Assembly (NCBI GenBank): GCA_964565725.1
Contig: CAZMGA010000005.1
Coordinates: 5,347 to 37,346 of the forward strand
Origin: an uncultured archaeon
GTDB taxonomy: Archaea > Iainarchaeota > Iainarchaeia > Iainarchaeales > 0-14-0-20-30-16
Length of the DNA: 32,000 nt
Direction of reading: 5' to 3'
The position numbers and the translations under genes were made by a program. The notes beneath the pieces were generated by a model. It was given only the letters and a program-made list of their open reading frames with translations. It made no database searches and was not told where the DNA came from. How positions within the stretch are numbered: the first letter of the stretch is position 1; each line of letters begins with the position of its first letter. This document shows, one piece after another, positions 8,556 to 16,844 of this stretch.

Positions 8556-9401
8556 ATGACTTTTAATATATCTGAATTTATTTATTTTTATTTTGGTAGA
8601 ACTATTGCAGAGGATTTAGGGTATAATTTAGTAAATACTTCAGTTTATGCTATTTTTGCATTATTAATATTTTTTTTTATATTAAAACCCTTTGTTTCTA
8701 AGTATTATGGTAAATTAGACAATAAATTTGTATTATTTTCTGTTTTAATAATAATTTTTGGTTCTATGTTAAGAGTTTCTGAAGAGTTTTATTCTAATAT
8801 TCATTGGATTACTCGTTCTATTAATCCTTTAGATTTAGGTTTTTGGTTTATTACACCTGGTATTTATTTAATGATTTTATTTATTGCATTGTATATTATA
8901 TTAATAAGCTGGTACTTAGAGAAAAAACTAAATATAAATCAAAAGAAATCAATAATAATTGTTCCTTTAATATTAAATCTAATTGTTTTTTTAATAGAAT
9001 TATTTTATATGACTCATTTTTTTAGATTTATTTTGACAATTTTATTAATATTTCTTGTTTTTTTTATTATTTATTTTATTTGTTTTAAATTTAAAATTAA
9101 ATTAATAATTTATGAGCGATTTGCAATATTGGCTCAAATAATTGATGGTTTTGCTACATATTCTGCTTTAAAAATGCCTTATTTTATGGAACAACATGTA
9201 TTTAGTAATTTTTTAATGCAAAAATTTGGTTTGATTTCTTTTCCTATATTTAAGATCTTTTTAGTTTTGTTAATAATTTTTGTTTTAAGAAAAAGTAATT
9301 TAAATCAAAATGTAAAAAATTATATTTTATTATTTATAATTTTATTTGGTTTTGCAACAGGTGTTAGGAATTTATTTAGTATTGCTTTGGTGATGATGTG
9401 A
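8556..9401 (+). CDS. DUF63-like archaeal polytopic membrane protein
   Basis: Seven or so TM segments. FGSMLRVSEEF, LDLGFWFITPGIYL and GFATYSAL resemble archaeal DUF63 proteins. Confidence 0.6.
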   Translation: MTFNISEFIYFYFGRTIAEDLGYNLVNTSVYAIFALLIFFFILKPFVSKYYGKLDNKFVLFSVLIIIFGSMLRVSEEFYSNIHWITRSINPLDLGFWFITPGIYLMILFIALYIILISWYLEKKLNINQKKSIIIVPLILNLIVFLIELFYMTHFFRFILTILLIFLVFFIIYFICFKFKIKLIIYERFAILAQIIDGFATYSALKMPYFMEQHVFSNFLMQKFGLISFPIFKIFLVLLIIFVLRKSNLNQNVKNYILLFIILFGFATGVRNLFSIALVMM

Positions 9402-10519
9402 TATCTTCAAAAGATGAAATAAATAAAAAGAAAAAATATTTTTATGAAAATGTATTATATAAAATAAAAGAAAAACAAATTTCTAGTAATACTATTTTTA
9501 ATTCTACAGATAATGTTTTTGTTACTTTTGGTGACAATAACTTAAAAGTAGGACCTGTTTTTTCAAGTTTTGATGCGTCTAAAAGTTATGGTTTAAATTA
9601 TAAAGATATTGTTGAAAAATTAGCACTAGGTATTAATACTTATAATTTTACTACCGTTAAACCAAATTATAGAGATATAGATAAATTGCAAGAAATATCT
9701 TTAACAAAAAAACCTATAGATTTAGAAGTATCTTTGGAAAAAAAATTAAATTTTAATTTTGATATTGATAAAATAACTAATCCTATTGGTTTTAAAGGTA
9801 AATTAAAATCTATAGATATTTTAGAAAATCCTAAAATTCCTTGGCAAGTATCACAAGTTTTAGATGAAAAACTAAAAGCTGTAGAGGAAATAAAAATATT
9901 GCAAGATTATGGTTTTGATAATTATTATTTAACAAAAATAATGTCTACGGCTAATTTAGGTTTAGATAAACGTTTAGTTACAACAAGACAAAGTATTACT
10001 GCAATAGATGATATTTTAACAAAATCTTTATTAGATAAAATTAAAGATTATGAATCAATAAATGGATATTATTTATTTGAGAATTCTTTTTTACATAATA
10101 AGTTTTATATCATTTTGTTAGAAGGAAATTGGGAATATGAAGCTTTTGAAATTTGGCCTAAAGGTTCAGAATGGAATACTACTGATTATAATTATGAGTA
10201 TGAAAATTTTAATGGTAGAACTAGTTATGCTAAATTACAAGGTGGGGGCTACTATGCTGCACGTTTGGGTGTTGCAGAATATTTAGAAAAAATTAAAAAA
10301 CAAGCAAGAGTTTTAGTTATTCGAGAAATTGATTCTGAATATTTTATTCCTGTGGGTGTATGGCAAGTTAGAGAAAATGTACGAAATGCATTTTTAAAAT
10401 ATACTCTTTTTAATAGTAAACAAGAAATACAAAACTATTTGCAAAATAAAATTAAAAATAAAACTATATTAAAAGAATCAAAAATGTTTAAACAATCAAG
10501 ATTAAACGATTTTTTTTAA
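9398..10519 (+). CDS. Nre-family archaeal DNA repair-associated protein with C-terminal PIP box
   Basis: KVGPVFSSFDASKSYG, NPKIPWQVSQVLDEKLKAVEE, IWPKGSEW, NFNGRTSYAKLQGGGYYAARLGVAEYLEK, PVGVWQVREN are Nre-type motifs. C-terminus QSRLNDFF matches QxxLxxFF. GTG start, overlaps upstream ORF by 4 nt. Confidence 0.75.
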   Translation: MISSKDEINKKKKYFYENVLYKIKEKQISSNTIFNSTDNVFVTFGDNNLKVGPVFSSFDASKSYGLNYKDIVEKLALGINTYNFTTVKPNYRDIDKLQEISLTKKPIDLEVSLEKKLNFNFDIDKITNPIGFKGKLKSIDILENPKIPWQVSQVLDEKLKAVEEIKILQDYGFDNYYLTKIMSTANLGLDKRLVTTRQSITAIDDILTKSLLDKIKDYESINGYYLFENSFLHNKFYIILLEGNWEYEAFEIWPKGSEWNTTDYNYEYENFNGRTSYAKLQGGGYYAARLGVAEYLEKIKKQARVLVIREIDSEYFIPVGVWQVRENVRNAFLKYTLFNSKQEIQNYLQNKIKNKTILKESKMFKQSRLNDFF

Positions 10520-10584
10520 AAAATTTGAGTAATATTTATAAATTATATGTGATATACTTAATATAACTTTTTGGGGGTTCTTTT

Positions 10585-11157
10585 ATGAGCATAAGTGCTT
10601 TAAAATTATTAGGATTAGATAAAAAATCTAAAAATACAAAAAAAGTAAAATCTACAAAACCTGTAAAATCAAAGAAAGTTGTTAAATCTGTTAAACCAAC
10701 AAAATCTGTAAAAGCTTTAAAATCAAAAAAGGTTGTTAAATCTGTAAAGCCTACAAAACCTGTAAAATCAGTAAAATCAAAAAAGGTTGTTAAAGTTGTT
10801 AAACCTGTAAAACCTACAAAACCTATAAAATCAGTAAAATCAAAGAAAGTTGTTAAGGTTGTTAAACCTGTAAAACCTACAAAACCTATAAAATCAGTAA
10901 AATCAAAGAAAGTTGTTAAGGTTGTTAAACCTGTAAAACCTACAAAACCTATAAAATCAGTAAAATCAGATAAAAAAGTAAAGAATGAATCAAAAAAAGA
11001 AGTAAAAGAAATTAAAAGAGATGATAATGAATATTTAAAATTATTAGAAAAAAAGAAGAAAAAAATAAAATCAGATTTTGAAAAATTTTCTCAATCTAAA
11101 GAAGATCTAGAAGAATATGATGATTATGATTTATTAGATGATATAGAAGAATATTAA
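10585..11157 (+). CDS. Lys/Val/Pro-rich low-complexity basic protein with tandem repeats and acidic C-terminal tail (candidate nucleic-acid/nucleoid binding)
   Basis: KSKKVVKVVKPVKPTKPIKSV repeated, then DDNEYLKLLEKKKKKIKSDFEKFSQSKEDLEEYDDYDLLDDIEEY. GGGGG ahead of ATG. Confidence 0.6.
   Translation: MSISALKLLGLDKKSKNTKKVKSTKPVKSKKVVKSVKPTKSVKALKSKKVVKSVKPTKPVKSVKSKKVVKVVKPVKPTKPIKSVKSKKVVKVVKPVKPTKPIKSVKSKKVVKVVKPVKPTKPIKSVKSDKKVKNESKKEVKEIKRDDNEYLKLLEKKKKKIKSDFEKFSQSKEDLEEYDDYDLLDDIEEY
10768..10970 (+). repeat. 63-bp tandem repeat array (about 3 near-identical copies) inside the Lys-rich ORF
   Basis: aaacctgtaaaacctacaaaacctataaaatcagtaaaatca starts at 10801, 10864 and 10927: exact 63-nt spacing. 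More degenerate copies upstream from about 10650. Confidence 0.9.
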
Positions 11158-11912
11158 ATTAATTTTAAACTTTCTTCTTCATCCATAGTTAATTTACCAA
11201 TAACTATTATAGTTGAAGGATAATTATAATTAGTTATTTGGTTACTTATTTCTTTTATTTTATTTATTATTATTTTTTCATTTTTTGAACAAGCTCCACT
11301 AACTATAATAACTTGCCAATCGTCTATATTTATATTTTTATATTTAGATATTTCTAATAATCTTTTTGTTGCTTCGTATGGTTGCATGTAATATTCTTGT
11401 TTTTCATCAATTTTTATATCTAATAAACAAATTGTATGTAATCCTAATTTTTTATTATCTAAAATATAATCAAAGAAACTATCTGGAGAGTAATTTTCTA
11501 ATGGCTTAACTATTGAAATAGTTCTACCAAATCTATATTCTTCTAAACCTGTAAGCATAGGTATAACTGAAAATATACTAATTCCTGCAATTAGTTTATA
11601 TTTTATATTTTGTTTTTTTAATTCATTTATTATTGTACTATGTGTGGTTGCACTAGTAATATTTCCATAAACACAAAAAGAAATATTTTGTTTTTTTGAT
11701 TCTTCAATAATATTTTGAAAACTTAGTTCTGTATTTTCTCTATATAAAGGTATAAATTTTATGTTATATTCAAATTCTAAATCTTTTAAATTATTTTCAG
11801 AATATTTGCTAGTATAGTTTTCAACATATATTTTTTTTGATTCTTTTAATGCTTTCAAAGCTTCTATACTAATTTGATTTTTATTTAAACCTAAACCAAC
11901 TATATACAACAT
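11154..11912 (-). CDS. dph5: Diphthine synthase
   Basis: MLYIVGLGLNKNQISIEALKALKESKKIYVENYTS; VYGNITSATTH; GISIFSVIPMLTGLEEYRFGRTISIV; HTICLLDIK. Confidence 0.88.
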   Translation of the reverse strand: MLYIVGLGLNKNQISIEALKALKESKKIYVENYTSKYSENNLKDLEFEYNIKFIPLYRENTELSFQNIIEESKKQNISFCVYGNITSATTHSTIINELKKQNIKYKLIAGISIFSVIPMLTGLEEYRFGRTISIVKPLENYSPDSFFDYILDNKKLGLHTICLLDIKIDEKQEYYMQPYEATKRLLEISKYKNINIDDWQVIIVSGACSKNEKIIINKIKEISNQITNYNYPSTIIVIGKLTMDEEESLKLI

Positions 11913-11919
11913 AATATCA

Positions 11920-12576
11920 CTATTTCCATATAAATATTAGTTTGCTATCTATTAATAAAATAGTATCTAAAGGTAATAATCCAAAAATATATGGATTATC
12001 TATATCTATTTCATTATTATTTAAGTTAATTTTAATTACTTTATTTTTCCCTATAATTATTATATTATTACTTTCTAATTTTATTTTTTTTAATTCGTTT
12101 ATGCCTTCTTTTAAAATATTGAAATATAATCTATTATTTTTAATATATAAATATTCATCTCTTATTTTTGCTGTTTGGGAAATATCAAAATCTTCTGGCA
12201 ATATAACTTTATTTTTGATATTTTCAATTTTATGATTTAATTCTTTAAAGTTTAATCTATATTTTTGTTTATTTATATTATATATTAAATTATTCCATGC
12301 CTTTTTTCTATCTATTCTACCAATTTTACTATTTTTTTTAAAATATTCTGAATAATCATTATTTAAATTAACTTTATCTATATCTTCATGCATTCTTAAA
12401 TCTTCATATAATTCTTTAACAAAATTTTTGGGATTATCTTTATTTTTTATAATTTCTGGTCTTATTTTTAATATTTCTTTTATTTTTGTATCTACTTTTA
12501 TAGCTCTAATTTTATCTTTAATATATAAATCTTGTAGTTCTTGATATATAATTGATAATTTCTGTTCTAATTCCAT
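11920..12576 (-). CDS. Hypothetical protein (218 aa)
   Basis: Intact ORF upstream of dph5 on the same strand, 7 nt gap; no recognised motif. Confidence 0.5.
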   Translation of the reverse strand: MELEQKLSIIYQELQDLYIKDKIRAIKVDTKIKEILKIRPEIIKNKDNPKNFVKELYEDLRMHEDIDKVNLNNDYSEYFKKNSKIGRIDRKKAWNNLIYNINKQKYRLNFKELNHKIENIKNKVILPEDFDISQTAKIRDEYLYIKNNRLYFNILKEGINELKKIKLESNNIIIIGKNKVIKINLNNNEIDIDNPYIFGLLPLDTILLIDSKLIFIWK

Positions 12577-12627
12577 AAATAATAAACTTAAGAATAGTTT
12601 ATAATTCTTTTTAATTATAATATAATT

Positions 12628-13059
12628 ATGCCACTAGAAAAGCCAAAACAATTAGAATTATTTCCTAGATTAAAAAAATTTAGACCTGGAAGGTTATCTT
12701 ATAAACATCATAGTTTTAATGGTGTTCAGACTTATAAGGTTGGTAATAAAGGGGTAATTTTTGCAGAAGCACACGTTTTGCAACAAAATGGAAAGCCATT
12801 ATTGTATGATATTAGAATAATGCCTGGATTTGATTTATTAAAAAGAAATGGAATTGCAAAAAGATTATTAAATAGAGTAATTGAAAGTCTTAAACAACAA
12901 GGATATAATGATTTAACATTATATGTTGATAAGGGAGAGGGTATTTTTGGAGATAATGATTTTAGAAAAGAATTATATTTATTAAGGTATTACTCAAGAT
13001 TTGGTTTTAAAGTTATAGGTAAAAATAGAGGTTATTTTAAAATGCGTTTAGATTTTTAA
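12628..13059 (+). CDS. GNAT-family N-acetyltransferase-like protein
   Basis: FDLLKRNGIAKRLLNRVIESLKQQGYNDLTLYVDKG...LLRYYSRFGFKVIGKNRGYFKMRL resembles the GNAT acetyl-CoA binding region. Confidence 0.65.
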   Translation: MPLEKPKQLELFPRLKKFRPGRLSYKHHSFNGVQTYKVGNKGVIFAEAHVLQQNGKPLLYDIRIMPGFDLLKRNGIAKRLLNRVIESLKQQGYNDLTLYVDKGEGIFGDNDFRKELYLLRYYSRFGFKVIGKNRGYFKMRLDF

Positions 13060-14471
13060 TTATAATTTTCAAATTTTAATGATCTTATTTCATATAATAA
13101 TGAGTTATATTGGTTTACCAATGAGTTATATTCTTTAATTTCAGAATTGTTTGCGAATTCTTTTGTTTTTAATTCATCTATAACAGATTTTAGATTATTT
13201 AAAATTATGGTTTTTTCATTTATTTGATTTAGTGTATTTTGACCATATTTTGATTCTATATATTTTTTTCCATCTGATATTGGTATTACATTTATAGGTT
13301 CAAAATTGATATCATTTATTACATTTTTGTTTGTAGTTTCAATATAACAAACTTTATCTGAATTTATATAATAATCTGAATTATTACAACTAACAGCTAC
13401 TACTGCATGATCTATTAAATTATCTTCAAAGATTGTTTTCCCTACTACTATATAGTTAGAATATCCAAATTCTTTTAATATTCCTGATAAAATAACCGAT
13501 TTGTCTAAGCACAATCCTTTCATAGACCATAAAGTTTCATAAGGATAAGTATTTTTATTATCCCAATTATAATTATAAGGTATTTCTTGTACAAATCTAA
13601 CTGCAATTTCTAATATTTCTGAATCATTAAAATTATAATCTTTTAATGAATTAAAATCATTTGCTATTTTTTTTAAAATTAAATTATTATATTCGTCCAT
13701 GAAATATCTTCTTGCTGATTCATTTTCTTTATAAGTATAACAATATTGATTTTTTAGTTTTATAGAATAATTTACTAAATCTTCATGTAATTCCAAATTA
13801 TATACAAAATGATATTTGTCATAATTAAAATAAAAAGTAGAATGTCGTTTATTATTATAATCAATAGTTAAATTATCTTTGTTTAAAGTACATTTATCTA
13901 AAGTTTCTGGGTTAATATTTATAACATTTAAATTATAATCTTTTTCTTGTTCTAATGTTTCTAATTCTTTTAATTCTAATGGTTTTAATTCATATATTTT
14001 TATTTGACTATTAATATTAGAATATAATTTGTCTAAATTAATTTTTTCTAAATTATTACTATTTCTAGGATTATCTATATTACAATCTATTTGTAATAAA
14101 TTATTATTTTTACATTTATAAATTAATTCTGGATTTTTTAAATCTTCACAATTTTCTTTATATTTTAAAACAATATAATTACAAAAATCTTTTTCAATTC
14201 CATTTAAATCTTCACAAGATTTAAATATATCATCGTGTTTTGATATTGATTCACAATAATAGCAATCTTTTTTATTTGTATAATTTGAACAGTTTCGTGA
14301 AAAATTAATATCTTGTATTATTATAATTTCATTATTATCATTTATATCTGTTATTTCTGTTTCATTAGAAATTGAATAATTTAAATCTATTTGTTTGAAT
14401 TGTTCTATAAAATATACACCTATACTTGAAAATAATATTAACAAAACAAATAAAATAATTATTTTTTTCAT
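13056..14471 (-). CDS. Membrane-anchored Cys-rich protein with transglutaminase-like (papain-fold) domain
   Basis: N-terminal TM (IIILFVLLILFSSIGVYFI). Cys-rich ectodomain (CSNYTNKKDCYYCES...CEDLN...FCNY...CEDLK...YKCKNN...DCNID). YETLWSMKGLCLDKSVILSGILKEFGYSNYIVVGKT...DHAVVAV gives the catalytic Cys and His. Confidence 0.75.
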   Translation of the reverse strand: MKKIIILFVLLILFSSIGVYFIEQFKQIDLNYSISNETEITDINDNNEIIIIQDINFSRNCSNYTNKKDCYYCESISKHDDIFKSCEDLNGIEKDFCNYIVLKYKENCEDLKNPELIYKCKNNNLLQIDCNIDNPRNSNNLEKINLDKLYSNINSQIKIYELKPLELKELETLEQEKDYNLNVININPETLDKCTLNKDNLTIDYNNKRHSTFYFNYDKYHFVYNLELHEDLVNYSIKLKNQYCYTYKENESARRYFMDEYNNLILKKIANDFNSLKDYNFNDSEILEIAVRFVQEIPYNYNWDNKNTYPYETLWSMKGLCLDKSVILSGILKEFGYSNYIVVGKTIFEDNLIDHAVVAVSCNNSDYYINSDKVCYIETTNKNVINDINFEPINVIPISDGKKYIESKYGQNTLNQINEKTIILNNLKSVIDELKTKEFANNSEIKEYNSLVNQYNSLLYEIRSLKFENYN

Positions 14472-14472
14472 A

Positions 14473-15303
14473 TTATCCCTTATAATAATTTTGCATTAAC
14501 ATTGCATCTTTTTCAATGTTTGGAGATTCTGAGATTATTACTCCTTTTAAATTATAATCTTTAAATGTATTTAATAATGTTTTCCAATTTAAATCTGATT
14601 CTTCTAATGTTAAATGATTTCTTTCTCCCTTATTAGTGTAATTTATACCTGATATGTGAATATGCATATTTTCTAATGCTATTTTTCCCAATTTATTTTC
14701 TATTTTATTTAATATATTCTCAAATTCATTTTTAGTATTATTTTTTCCATTTCTTGCGTGTAAATGTGCAAAATCTATACACGGTAAAACCATTTCTAAA
14801 TCCTCTGATAATTTTACACATTCATCTAAATTGCCTATTTGTGTTTCTTTACCTGTTGTTTCTGGTCTAATCCAAATATTTATGTTTTCATCCTTCATTT
14901 TTTTTATAACTTCTTTTAAATTTGTTTTTACAATATTATATGCTTTTTCATTATCTTGTTTTAAATAATAACCAGGATGAAAAGTAATAGAATATCCATT
15001 TAATAAAGATGTAATTTTAGCTGTATTATATATTCTATCTATTGATGCTTTTTGAATTTTTAAATCTAAAGAAGCTAAATTTACATAATATGGGGAATGT
15101 GCTGTGAATATTAAATCATTTTTTTCAGAAAGTATTTTTTGAATTTCTTCCTTTTCATTTTTAATCCAAATGTTGTGTACAAATTCTAATTCCATTCCAT
15201 CTAATTTTAGTGTTTTTAAATCTTTTATAGCATTAAAAATATTACCTTTTGTTATTGATGGAAAACCAGCTGTTAAAAAATTTAATTTATTCATTCGGAC
15301 CAC
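14473..15303 (-). CDS. Endonuclease IV-like / xylose isomerase-like TIM-barrel protein
   Basis: DGMELEFVHNIW; FTAHSPYYVNLAS; ITFHPGYYL; IRPETTGKETQIGNLDECVKLS; PCIDFAHLHAR; MHIHISGI; SESPNIEKDAMLM. Confidence 0.75.
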   Translation of the reverse strand: MVRMNKLNFLTAGFPSITKGNIFNAIKDLKTLKLDGMELEFVHNIWIKNEKEEIQKILSEKNDLIFTAHSPYYVNLASLDLKIQKASIDRIYNTAKITSLLNGYSITFHPGYYLKQDNEKAYNIVKTNLKEVIKKMKDENINIWIRPETTGKETQIGNLDECVKLSEDLEMVLPCIDFAHLHARNGKNNTKNEFENILNKIENKLGKIALENMHIHISGINYTNKGERNHLTLEESDLNWKTLLNTFKDYNLKGVIISESPNIEKDAMLMQNYYKG

Positions 15304-16220
15304 ATTGAATAATATTTGTTAAAATAATTATTATATTCAGTATATATATTATAATCATTTATAATTATTATTGATTCTTCATTTTTTTCATTTCCATTAT
15401 TACTTGGATTCATAGAACCTGTAATTACATAATAATCTATAATACAGAATTTATTGTGCATATATTTTGGGTTTTTGTCCCAAATAACTAATATATTGTT
15501 ATCTTTCAGTTTTTGATATTCGGAATATTGTGAATTTTGTTGTTTTTCTAAAATTATTTTAGTATTTAAATTTTTATCTATGATTTCTTTAGATAACGCA
15601 TCGTAAGTAAAAGAAAAAAACATACATTTTATTTCTTTTTGTGAATTTTTTATTAGGTCTAAATACAAATCTATACAATTGTTTGGGGAAAAACAAATTT
15701 CTTCATTTTTTTCAATAGCTTTAAAATTATTATTCCAGTAATTATTGAATTGTTTTTCTGCTTTTTCAATATGATTTTTATTGTTTGTTATAATTACGTT
15801 ATTGTTCTGATACAAAAATGAATCTGTTGTAAAATTTAAAGAGCCTATCCATAAAATGTTAGAATCAAAAATGCAAAATTTGTTATGCATATAATTATTT
15901 GAAGAATCTGTTTTAATATTTTCTGAAATTAAATTAATTTTTTTTAACTCGTCATCATCCATAATAATATGAATATTTTTATTATTTTTAATAAATTCGA
16001 TAATCCAGGGTTCGTTTATAGCATAAACAGCACATTTAATGTTTTTTGAATTCGTAAAATAATTATATAATTCTAAATTACAATCATTTTCCGGACAAAA
16101 CAATGCTTTATAATAAAAATTATTGTCTTTGTTTTCATTATTTTGATTATTGTATGTTAAAAAGTAGATTGTAAATATAAAAAATAAAAGTATAAAAAAT
16201 AAAATAAATCTCTTTTTCAT
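15291..16220 (-). CDS. Signal/TM-anchored phospholipase D-like (two-HKD) protein, candidate extracellular nuclease
   Basis: N-terminal TM (FILFFILLFFIFTIYFLTY). HKD1 YMHNKFCIFDSNILWIGSLNFT. HKD2 YMHNKFCIIDYYVITGSMNPSNNG. Confidence 0.8.
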   Translation of the reverse strand: MKKRFILFFILLFFIFTIYFLTYNNQNNENKDNNFYYKALFCPENDCNLELYNYFTNSKNIKCAVYAINEPWIIEFIKNNKNIHIIMDDDELKKINLISENIKTDSSNNYMHNKFCIFDSNILWIGSLNFTTDSFLYQNNNVIITNNKNHIEKAEKQFNNYWNNNFKAIEKNEEICFSPNNCIDLYLDLIKNSQKEIKCMFFSFTYDALSKEIIDKNLNTKIILEKQQNSQYSEYQKLKDNNILVIWDKNPKYMHNKFCIIDYYVITGSMNPSNNGNEKNEESIIIINDYNIYTEYNNYFNKYYSMWSE

Positions 16221-16248
16221 AAATAAAAAAAGAGAAAAAGTTTATATT

Positions 16249-16581
16249 TTAGCTGTAATAGTAAGTATTACTATAATAATATGTTCTAGGAGTTCCAGCT
16301 AAAGGATATAATGTAGTATAAGTAGATGTTATTGGTAAACTATAACCATATGTATTATATGCTACGTATGTAGGTGTATTTAAGTAAATTTGTGGATAGT
16401 ATGTTGTAGGATAAATGTAAGTAGGATAAGAATCATAAACATAGCTATTAGAATAATATGAAGATCCTAAATAACCAGTATAATTTGGTACGTTATATAC
16501 ATAAGTAGTAGCAAAAACAGTACTTATAAAAGTAATTGATGTAATAAAAACTAATAAACTTAATAATATTTTTTTAAACAT
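16249..16581 (-). CDS. Secreted tyrosine-rich small protein (110 aa)
   Basis: Signal peptide MFKKILLSLLVFITSITFISTVFA, then about 86 aa with 26 Tyr plus many Thr/Ser/Pro and no Cys. Strong GGAGG Shine-Dalgarno upstream. Confidence 0.75.
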   Translation of the reverse strand: MFKKILLSLLVFITSITFISTVFATTYVYNVPNYTGYLGSSYYSNSYVYDSYPTYIYPTTYYPQIYLNTPTYVAYNTYGYSLPITSTYTTLYPLAGTPRTYYYSNTYYYS

Positions 16582-16691
16582 GTCTATTCCTCCTTAACTC
16601 ATAAAGTTAAATAATTATATGTATATTTGATTCAAAGAATATATAAAGGTTTTGTTTATTTTAATAAAATTTAAAAATAGAAAAATAAAAA

Positions 16692-16707
16692 AATCCCAAA
16701 AGGGACT
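16692..16707 (-). terminator. Hairpin plus T-run terminator-like element downstream of the eL41-like ORF
   Basis: Minus strand AGTCCC-TTTT-GGGATT followed immediately by a T-run (TTTTTTATTTTT). Confidence 0.45.
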
Positions 16708-16715
16708 TTCTTTAT

Positions 16716-16844
16716 TTATTTTGCTCTTTTTCTCATATATCTCTTATAACGAGCATTTTTTCTCATCTTTTTCTTATGCCATTTCCATCTTTGTCTCGAT
16801 CTTGTTTTTTTGAAACGACTAGAATCTTTGTGTCTATGACCCAT
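16716..16844 (-). CDS. 42-aa highly basic protein, candidate eL41-like (or mS38/COX24-like) ribosomal small protein
   Basis: Translation MGHRHKDSSRFKKTRSRQRWKWHKKKMRKNARYKRYMRKRAK*. AAGTGATTAA Shine-Dalgarno-like motif directly upstream. Last 21 aa align without gaps to eukaryotic/archaeal L41e (WxKKxMRxxxRxxRxMRxRxK). Not in the ORF track. Confidence 0.55.
   Translation of the reverse strand: MGHRHKDSSRFKKTRSRQRWKWHKKKMRKNARYKRYMRKRAK

Noticed and set aside
8843-9025. Track ORF 8843..9025 +
   Set aside because: Alternative frame inside the DUF63-like gene.
10650-10980. Possible CRISPR-like array
   Set aside because: The repeats are contiguous 63-bp in-frame coding units with no spacers; they are protein low-complexity repeats.
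11942-12235. Track ORF 11942..12235 +
   Set aside because: Antisense to the 218-aa hypothetical gene, low complexity.
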